Source: a virus. Taken from it: DNA of 41,882 nt. Of this stretch, positions 15,555-21,266 are shown one piece after another. Under the pieces are notes generated by a model. That model had not been told where the DNA came from. It did not search any database and saw only the letters and a list, made by a program, of their open reading frames with translations. The position numbers and the translations under genes were made by a program. Each line of letters begins with the position of its first letter. The first letter of the stretch is position 1. The stretch lies in the IMG/VR virus record IMGVR_UViG_3300029331_000006, one strand, 5' to 3'.

Positions 15555-17476
15555 ACTAATCTCTCCATATCAATTTTATTGTAGTGAACACCGTTTTTTA
15601 TACTGTGCTGACTGCTTGTAATCACATATTTAACACCGTCTTTTTCTATCGTACTTCCGGCTCGTGTATAGCTTGTCAGCTCCTCGATTATTTCACCGGA
15701 ATACGTTTCATCTTCCTTATTCAGCTCGCCAAGATTTTTCTTTGCCAAGTCCGACGCATTATCTCCGTCATTCATTTTTACCACTTCTTGCAGAAAGCCG
15801 TATTTTGATATACTCTCCTCGGCTTTCAGGGTAGTCATAACGTCCGTATCGGTTATCACCTTAACACTGTTCTTCATATTCTCAATACTGCCTTTATGCT
15901 CAATATTACCCATATACTGTACTGAGTTTTTGAGTTCGGTATTCGGCGATATTCTAAACTTCGGCTCGACCGACATATCACTGCACAAATATATACGCAT
16001 ACCGTCGGGTACAAAGTCAAAGTTATACCCACTTCCGCACTTTTCAAGAATATCCTTGATAACGTCCGATATGGGCTTGTCGATATATATTTGAGTTATA
16101 AGCGTACTCAATTCGGGAATAAGCACAATCGGAATGTATAAATCGTTGCATATTTTCTTTATGCAGTCATCGGCTCGCATAGATGTAAACTGATATGTGT
16201 CGGTGGTTTTGTTCAGATACCACCCTACATCAACGGCAGTATATTTGTTTTCATACATTGCTCCGTCGTCAACCTCGATTATTACACCTCTGAAATCTTC
16301 TTTATCTCCTCCGCTGTACCTCATAATATCGCCCATTTTTGGTATGTATATATTCATATACTTCATTTCTTTAGGTTTCGGAGTGCTGAAAGACATCGTT
16401 GTCGCAAGTGTATTTTTTGTATTTGTCCACGATATATCTCCTATATGCTTTGATACGTCTGTATCATTTACCACTACTTTCAAAGCACCGTCTAACAGCA
16501 TAGGTGCTTGTTTGAAAATCGAATTGTGGATAGGTATTTTTTCGTTGGTATCCGCAAAATGATATTCTTTTTCACCGGATGTACTTCCTGTACTTCCGTA
16601 TGTCGGCTCTGTATCGCTTGTCCAAATTCTCACAACACGGGCAGAGCGGTTAATCCCCTCCGACTCTAATGCAGATGTGAATTTTTCATTGCCTGTTACA
16701 ACATTTCCGTCAATGATAAACTCCGTCATATTTGCATCACTGCCTGTGTGATACATATGTCGGCTGTCGGTTTCGCTGTCTTTCTTTTCGTCACCTTTGA
16801 CTGCGTATATCACTTTACCGTCGTCAAATTCAATCTTAACAAACGTGCCGTCCGGTCCGTAATACGAACCGAGTGCCATACAAATAAAATCTTTGTACTT
16901 TCGCAATCCGCCGTTTGACGTACTGCTGTCACTGCCCCACAAGTATTTATATCCGCTTGCTTGACTGTTCGTATATGTTTGATATGCCATATATGATTTA
17001 GTTGCGAGCGACTTTCCTATGTTCGGTATTTCTCTCTCAACCCAGTTTGCAATATAACCGCCTCCGTCTTTGGTATATCTGAGTACACAGTCCCACGGAT
17101 AATTTCTGTAAGGCACATTGGTAACAATACCGAATGATGTTCCTCTTGCCTCAACTGTTGTTCCGCCGTCCGCCTGTACCAAAGCGGTATGGTCTGCTTT
17201 ATTTAAAAGCACATCACCTTTTAACATACCTGCTCCGTTTGACAGATTACAGGATGACGTTACGTCTTTAAATCCACACGAAATAAAAACGTTATACATA
17301 TCCCCCGTATATGTAGCACCATTATCTTTAACAGGCACTCCCGCATTTTGATACGCTGTTATAACAAAAGAAGAACAATCATAATGCGGTCCCCATCTCA
17401 CGTCTTGACTGTACCAATGACTATCGTCATTTGCAATATCTATCGCCCATTGAACTGCATTATCAATTACACCCAT
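15551..17476 (-). CDS. baseplate hub protein (XkdQ / late-control-D-like) fused to an N-terminal NlpC/P60-CHAP-like cysteine peptidase
   Basis: N-terminus has HYDCSSFV (catalytic Cys) and ADHTALV (His). The C-terminal half is XkdQ-like by position and size. Confidence 0.85.
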   Translation of the reverse strand: MGVIDNAVQWAIDIANDDSHWYSQDVRWGPHYDCSSFVITAYQNAGVPVKDNGATYTGDMYNVFISCGFKDVTSSCNLSNGAGMLKGDVLLNKADHTALVQADGGTTVEARGTSFGIVTNVPYRNYPWDCVLRYTKDGGGYIANWVEREIPNIGKSLATKSYMAYQTYTNSQASGYKYLWGSDSSTSNGGLRKYKDFICMALGSYYGPDGTFVKIEFDDGKVIYAVKGDEKKDSETDSRHMYHTGSDANMTEFIIDGNVVTGNEKFTSALESEGINRSARVVRIWTSDTEPTYGSTGSTSGEKEYHFADTNEKIPIHNSIFKQAPMLLDGALKVVVNDTDVSKHIGDISWTNTKNTLATTMSFSTPKPKEMKYMNIYIPKMGDIMRYSGGDKEDFRGVIIEVDDGAMYENKYTAVDVGWYLNKTTDTYQFTSMRADDCIKKICNDLYIPIVLIPELSTLITQIYIDKPISDVIKDILEKCGSGYNFDFVPDGMRIYLCSDMSVEPKFRISPNTELKNSVQYMGNIEHKGSIENMKNSVKVITDTDVMTTLKAEESISKYGFLQEVVKMNDGDNASDLAKKNLGELNKEDETYSGEIIEELTSYTRAGSTIEKDGVKYVITSSQHSIKNGVHYNKIDMERLV

Positions 17477-17567
17477 ATAAACCTCCTTTTAAACTTTTGT
17501 ATACTTTTTTCACTATCTTACTATGGTGGTATTCGTCTGCACATCATGTCACCTCATTTTATTGCAT

Positions 17568-17593
17568 AGAAAAAGCACCCCGAAAGGTGCTTT
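17568..17593 (-). terminator. Intrinsic terminator closing the inserted island
   Basis: On the minus strand: GCACCU-UUCG-GGGUGC (UUCG tetraloop) followed by TTTTTCT. Lies 10 nt after the 54-aa ORF stop. Confidence 0.7.
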
Positions 17594-17603
17594 AATGCTA
17601 TAA

Positions 17604-17768
17604 TCATATACAATTTTCAAAAACTATATGTACCTTAGCCTTTTTATCTTTATCCAACATAAAGCTATAACCTCTTGATACATCAAGACCATTTTCATCT
17701 TGTAAAATCGGCATAGCACAATCAACGCATTTAGTTATATACTTAATTATATCTTCTCTACTTAACAT
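17604..17768 (-). CDS. hypothetical small protein (54 aa, below the ORF-track cutoff)
   Basis: Hand translation begins MLSREDIIKYITKCVDCAMPILQDENGLDVSRGYSF and continues to 54 aa. The RBS GGAGGG overlaps the stop of the Bro-N gene. Confidence 0.5.
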   Translation of the reverse strand: MLSREDIIKYITKCVDCAMPILQDENGLDVSRGYSFMLDKDKKAKVHIVFENCI

Positions 17769-17780
17769 CACAATTCCCTC

Positions 17781-18563
17781 CTATGCCGTTTTAACAGTCT
17801 TGCCTAAAATCTTGCCTAAAGCTTGTACACCTTTTTCATTGTATAAAAACTGTTGTACTTCTTTAGAACTATGTTTTGACTTACTCATAACCATTTTACC
17901 GTATGTATCATTTTTAAGTCCGCTTGCATTTGCAGTCTTGCCAATTTTCATAGCCGATACACCGAACATTCCACCGACTTCCGTTGCTGAATAAAGCTTT
18001 TCACATTCGGGTAAATACTGGTTCATATTCTTACCCGTTATCTGCTCCACCGCCTTAATACCCATAACATCAATCGCAATCTGTGATAAGTTTTTGTCCT
18101 TAGTGTTCGATAAAAGCGTTTTTATCATACGATTTTGAGCGTTAAGTAACATTGCGGTGGCTCTATCACGTTTTGCTTGTAATTCAATTTCTTTTAAGCG
18201 GTCTGTTGCGATATTAACCGTTTCGCCTTTGCGCAATGATTTCAGTAACTTTCTTACCCACGCTCTGAACTCTTTTGCTTTTTCGGTTTTAGCGAGAAAT
18301 GTAACTTCATATATGCCGTCTTCTGTGAAAACTCTTGTTTTTCTCTGTCCTGCTTCCGAAGTCAAAATGACTTCGGAAGAAAATTCTTCACTTTTTAAAT
18401 AACCATTTCTTGAAACAATCTTATTGATACTTTCTCGTGGACTTGCATATTGTAAGCATTTACCGAGTTGTTCACTTGTCATAAACATATCTTGATTGTC
18501 TGAGTACACATCACATTGTACCTCTCCGAATTGTGCTGATTTTACAATCTGTAAATTATTCAT
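17781..18563 (-). CDS. Bro-N domain protein (second antirepressor-like protein)
   Basis: N-terminus FGEVQCDVYSDNQDMFMTSEQLGKCLQYASPRESINKIV ... IYEVTFLAKTEKAKEFRAWV. The C-terminal domain differs from the KilAC domain of 3402-4196. Confidence 0.85.
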   Translation of the reverse strand: MNNLQIVKSAQFGEVQCDVYSDNQDMFMTSEQLGKCLQYASPRESINKIVSRNGYLKSEEFSSEVILTSEAGQRKTRVFTEDGIYEVTFLAKTEKAKEFRAWVRKLLKSLRKGETVNIATDRLKEIELQAKRDRATAMLLNAQNRMIKTLLSNTKDKNLSQIAIDVMGIKAVEQITGKNMNQYLPECEKLYSATEVGGMFGVSAMKIGKTANASGLKNDTYGKMVMSKSKHSSKEVQQFLYNEKGVQALGKILGKTVKTA

Positions 18564-18588
18564 TAAACTTCTCCTCTCAAATTTTGCT

Positions 18589-18617
18589 TTGACAAGAGTT
18601 TCAATCTATGATATAAT
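18589..18617 (+). promoter_or_regulatory. Consensus promoter firing antisense to the XRE-to-Bro leader
   Basis: TTGACA (18589-18594), 17-nt spacer, TGaTATAAT (18609-18617). Confidence 0.65.
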
Positions 18618-18623
18618 ATCTTG

Positions 18624-18691
18624 TAGACGGAAACGTCTTGTACTGATAACGATAACGATTGCTTTGGTTGGCGTGTTATCGTTATTTTTTT
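18624..18691 (+). ncRNA. Predicted small antisense RNA of about 68 nt (sar-like)
   Basis: Starts about 7 nt after the -10 element. Contains an AGACG-GAAA-CGTCT hairpin, then a perfect 11-bp stem (ATAACGATAAC / GTTATCGTTAT, 18-nt loop) followed by T7. No RBS or usable ORF. Confidence 0.45.
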
Positions 18692-18779
18692 GTTTCTTTG
18701 GCATTGTTCTGTGGCATACTATAATGACACAAGTCAGCAAAACACCAAGTCGTCCTATCTTTTTGCAACTCATTCATAC

Positions 18780-18989
18780 TTAGTTTTCCTCCTTTTCAAT
18801 GAAATCTGTAATCGGTCTGCCTAATGCCTCTGCAAGCTTTCGTATGGTTGCAGCTTGCGGTCTTTTAATTTTTTGCTTTTCAAGTAACGATATTTGATTT
18901 GCCGTAATTTTAGCCTTATACGACAACTCATTCATTGACAAGCCTTGTTCCATACGATATTCTCTTAGTTTTTTTGTTGTATATCCCAC
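18780..18989 (-). CDS. XRE-family HTH protein (Cro-like) of the island
   Basis: HTH LSMNELSYKAKITANQISLLEKQ. Start is likely the GTG at 18989 after GGAGGTG; the ORF track starts at 19007. Confidence 0.85.
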   Translation of the reverse strand: MGYTTKKLREYRMEQGLSMNELSYKAKITANQISLLEKQKIKRPQAATIRKLAEALGRPITDFIEKEEN

Positions 18990-19012
18990 ATTTTCACCTC
19001 CTGACATTTTAG

Positions 19013-19041
19013 ATTATACTACTTTAAAAGTAATAAGTCAA
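19013..19041 (-). promoter_or_regulatory. Consensus promoter for the island XRE / Bro-N operon
   Basis: On the minus strand: TTGACT (19036-19041), 17-nt spacer, TATAAT (19013-19018). Confidence 0.65.
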
Positions 19042-19048
19042 TACTTTT

Positions 19049-19076
19049 TTATCAATTATATTTATTTTATTGATAA
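19049..19076. promoter_or_regulatory. Inverted repeat operator candidate between the divergent promoters
   Basis: TTATCAAT, 12 nt, ATTGATAA. The right arm overlaps the plus-strand -35 element. Confidence 0.45.
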
Positions 19077-19098
19077 TATACGTTATTTATGTTATAAT
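19070..19098 (+). promoter_or_regulatory. Consensus promoter for the 133-aa XRE repressor-like gene
   Basis: TTGATA (19070-19075), 17-nt spacer, TGtTATAAT (19090-19098). Confidence 0.7.
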
Positions 19099-19142
19099 TA
19101 AGTTAATAATAAAATAATTTTATCACTTAGGAGGTGCAAATA

Positions 19143-19544
19143 ATGTCAACTTTTGCTGATAACTTAAAATTTTTATTAAAATATAAAGGTGATACCCAAA
19201 GTCAACTGGCTAAAGAATTAGATTTAACCACTGCCTCAGTATCTCGATATTGTTCGGGTGAGCAAATTCCAAGAATCGATGTTTTGGATAAAATTGCAGA
19301 CTATTTTGCGGTTGATGTATCGGATTTATTCGCTGAAGATACCATTGATAAGTTAAAAAGCGGCGAATTTCAAATTATATATGGCGAACCGATTAATATA
19401 CCTTTAGACCAAATTCCAGTAAAATACAAGCTATTTAAAGAAATAGAAAATCTTTCAAATGCAGAATTACAACGAGTACATCAATACATCCAATTTTTGA
19501 AATATATGCGTAACAAATCCGATACGTCAAAAGATAACGTCTAA
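19143..19544 (+). CDS. XRE-family HTH protein with a C-terminal extension (repressor-like, no S24 domain)
   Basis: HTH TQSQLAKELDLTTASVSRYCSGEQIP. ATG at 19143 after AGGAGGTG. Confidence 0.85.
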   Translation: MSTFADNLKFLLKYKGDTQSQLAKELDLTTASVSRYCSGEQIPRIDVLDKIADYFAVDVSDLFAEDTIDKLKSGEFQIIYGEPINIPLDQIPVKYKLFKEIENLSNAELQRVHQYIQFLKYMRNKSDTSKDNV

Positions 19545-19583
19545 CTTTTTATAAATTCGTATCAAAATATATCTGAAAACACT

Positions 19584-19621
19584 AACCACGTGAATAATAT
19601 TCACGTGGTTTATTCGTTTTT
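19584..19621 (+). terminator. Intrinsic terminator: 27-bp perfect palindrome plus T-tract
   Basis: AACCACGTGAATA-A-TATTCACGTGGTT followed by TATTCGTTTTT. Confidence 0.7.
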
Positions 19622-19625
19622 CTTT

Positions 19626-19652
19626 AACTACTTCGATAATATCGAAGTAGTT
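19626..19652. repeat. 27-bp perfect palindrome with no T-run on either strand
   Basis: AACTACTTCGATA-A-TATCGAAGTAGTT. Its arms match 9 of 13 positions with the neighbouring palindrome. Confidence 0.6.
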
Positions 19653-19662
19653 AGCCAACACA

Positions 19663-19689
19663 AAAGACACCCCATAATGAGGTGTCTTT
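19663..19689. terminator. Hairpin terminator overlapping the stop of the 116-aa RHH gene
   Basis: AAAGACACC-ccataatga-GGTGTCTTT. T-rich on the plus side, TGTGTT on the minus side. Confidence 0.55.
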
Positions 19690-20038
19690 ATTTTTCATTT
19701 TTGTTGTCCGAGACAATTTGCTCCACTATTTGATTGATGCCTTTATTAATTATTTCATATATTTCATCTGTCGTTTTTGGCTTGTAATCCGCTTTATTGA
19801 CATCTATTTTCAAAACTCTATTATCATTATCAGAATGAATTTTCTCTACACTTTCTGTAGTTTTAAAATTGATATTGACAGGCTCATCGCTTGATACATA
19901 AAACTTAATAAATCTTTCAATCACATCTTGGATAGATGTATTTTCTTTTACCGTTTTCAATTTAAGTTTTGCATGAACATCATCAGACAACCTAATTACT
20001 ACTTGTTTAATATCCTCGCCCCCCTTTCGTGCTATCAT
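19688..20038 (-). CDS. ribbon-helix-helix (Arc/MetJ-like) protein with a C-terminal extension
   Basis: N-terminus KQVVIRLSDDVHAKLKLKTVKENTSIQDVIERFIKFY. The ORF-track ATG lies inside the predicted -10 hexamer, so the true start is probably downstream of the AAAGGGGGG RBS. Confidence 0.7.
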   Translation of the reverse strand: MIARKGGEDIKQVVIRLSDDVHAKLKLKTVKENTSIQDVIERFIKFYVSSDEPVNINFKTTESVEKIHSDNDNRVLKIDVNKADYKPKTTDEIYEIINKGINQIVEQIVSDNKNEK

Positions 20039-20065
20039 AATATCATACTATCAAGATAGTGTCAA
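20037..20065 (-). promoter_or_regulatory. Consensus promoter with an internal palindromic operator (116-aa RHH gene)
   Basis: On the minus strand: TTGACA (20060-20065), 17-nt spacer holding ACTATC-TT-GATAGT, then TATTAT (20037-20042). Confidence 0.6.
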
Positions 20066-20073
20066 GAGCTTTT

Positions 20074-20247
20074 TTATTTTTTGTCTAAGTTTTCTTTTAC
20101 CAACTCAATTCCTTTATGGATAACTTGGGCTTTGGATAAGTTGAGCCTTTCCGCACATTCTTCAAGTGTTGAATATGTTTCAGATGTCAGCCGTATTTCA
20201 AAGCGTTTATCTTTCTTGGCTTGGGTAGGTCTACCTTTTGGGGACAC
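20074..20247 (-). CDS. ribbon-helix-helix protein (57 aa, below the ORF-track cutoff)
   Basis: Hand translation gives MSPKGRPTQAKKDKRFEIRLTSETYSTLEECAERLNLSKAQVIHKGIELVKENLDKK. GTG start 8 nt after AAGGAAGGAGG. Confidence 0.65.
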   Translation of the reverse strand: MSPKGRPTQAKKDKRFEIRLTSETYSTLEECAERLNLSKAQVIHKGIELVKENLDKK

Positions 20248-20280
20248 TTGCAAAACCTCCTTCCTTATGTCCGTACATAT

Positions 20281-20309
20281 ATAATAACATAAGTACGTAC
20301 AAAAGTCAA
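20281..20309 (-). promoter_or_regulatory. Consensus promoter for the 57-aa RHH gene
   Basis: On the minus strand: TTGACT (20304-20309), 17-nt spacer holding GTACGTAC, then TATTAT (20281-20286). Shares AAAAAGCTCTTGAC with the promoter at 20037-20065. Confidence 0.6.
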
Positions 20310-20320
20310 GAGCTTTTTCT

Positions 20321-20351
20321 AAAAAAAGTACATCGAAATTCGATGTACTTT
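20321..20351 (-). terminator. Strong intrinsic terminator after the XkdP-position tail gene
   Basis: On the minus strand: AAAGTACATCGAA-T-TTCGATGTACTTT, a perfect palindrome running into TTTTTTT. Confidence 0.75.
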
Positions 20352-20423
20352 CTAAGCCTTATTTGAAATTTTTAATTTGTCTTTTGTTTTATTATATCAC
20401 AAAAGGAAAATATTGCAACATTT

Positions 20424-21257
20424 TTAATCACCGAAACAACCTGCATTATCCATAATAACAAGCAAACGTATCATACTCTTTGTCAAACCGTATCCGTCCT
20501 CGCCGTCACCGTTTAGATAGCCTTTTCTTTTTACCTTTTCAATAGTCGCCTCTGCCCATGACGGCATAATGTCAACCGTATAATTTTCAAATCCGTCTGT
20601 TTTGTCAATAATAACAAGTGTACGAATAATATCCATTGTAAGACCGAGTTCATTATCGTCTGTACCGCTTATAATACCTCTGTCCATCAACTTTTGAATA
20701 GTCGGTTTAGCCCAAGACGGCATATTATCGTCCATATAGTTATATATCATCGTGTTTTCAACACTGCTAAGCCTTTCTTCTATATTATCAATTCTCGCCA
20801 TTATTTCATCATACTGCGCCACTGTCAACCCCTCCTGTACATCGTTTAAAAGATTTACTTCTCCAAGCTCGATTGAATAATTCAAATCACCGCCTGTACC
20901 TACGCTGTAATCAAACTTATCTATTGCCGCCGCTGTATTTATATCAACATTGCAAATACCCGTGGAAGTAATGACAAGCCTTATCGGAAGTTTACGTTTA
21001 CGCCAATTTTCAATCTTGTCTGCGTATTCCTGCCCTTTCATACTTCTGTCCCTTAAATACGGATAGTCGGTCATCGGTAAGAAACTGCTCCACGATACAG
21101 TTTTAAGTTCGGGATTTCCGATAATTTTTATCCAACCGTAATTTGCCGTTTCAAAAGTTTCCGTACCTTGTGAACTCGATACGGTAAATTCGGACGGCGT
21201 GACGGGAATATGTATAACTTCTTCACTGTTGTTTATACTTAAATAAAAATCTAACAT
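20424..21257 (-). CDS. tail protein in the XkdP position with two C-terminal repeats homologous to the endolysin C-terminus
   Basis: Lies directly after the tape measure gene. C-terminus has MIYNYMDDNMPSWAKPTIQKLMDRGIISG and YTVDIMPSWAEATIEKVKRKGYLNG. Confidence 0.8.
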   Translation of the reverse strand: MLDFYLSINNSEEVIHIPVTPSEFTVSSSQGTETFETANYGWIKIIGNPELKTVSWSSFLPMTDYPYLRDRSMKGQEYADKIENWRKRKLPIRLVITSTGICNVDINTAAAIDKFDYSVGTGGDLNYSIELGEVNLLNDVQEGLTVAQYDEIMARIDNIEERLSSVENTMIYNYMDDNMPSWAKPTIQKLMDRGIISGTDDNELGLTMDIIRTLVIIDKTDGFENYTVDIMPSWAEATIEKVKRKGYLNGDGEDGYGLTKSMIRLLVIMDNAGCFGD

Positions 21258-21266
21258 TTTGCCTCC

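Noticed and set aside
17530-17541. Shared motif TGCAGA(C)GAATA downstream of two late-operon terminators (also at 29077-29087), considered as a late promoter element
   Set aside because: There are only two occurrences with inexact spacing to the start codons. It is not found upstream of terS or in 34890-35146, so it is too weak to call.
18682-18777. 31-codon micro-ORF (MNELQKDRTTWCFADLCHYSMPQNNAKETKK) after the island XRE gene, with a good RBS
   Set aside because: It is too short to support and has no recognisable features. It may be a leader peptide or chance. It is mentioned in the sRNA finding and was not called as a gene.
18496-18783. 95-aa plus-strand ORF spanning the Bro-N start and leader
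   Set aside because: It starts upstream of the only plus-strand promoter found here, has no RBS, and would be interrupted functionally by the hairpin/T7 terminator at 18646-18691.
20081-20284. 67-aa plus-strand ORF from the track
   Set aside because: The opposite strand encodes a 57-aa ribbon-helix-helix protein with a strong RBS, a consensus promoter and the same orientation as its neighbours. The plus-strand ORF has none of these.
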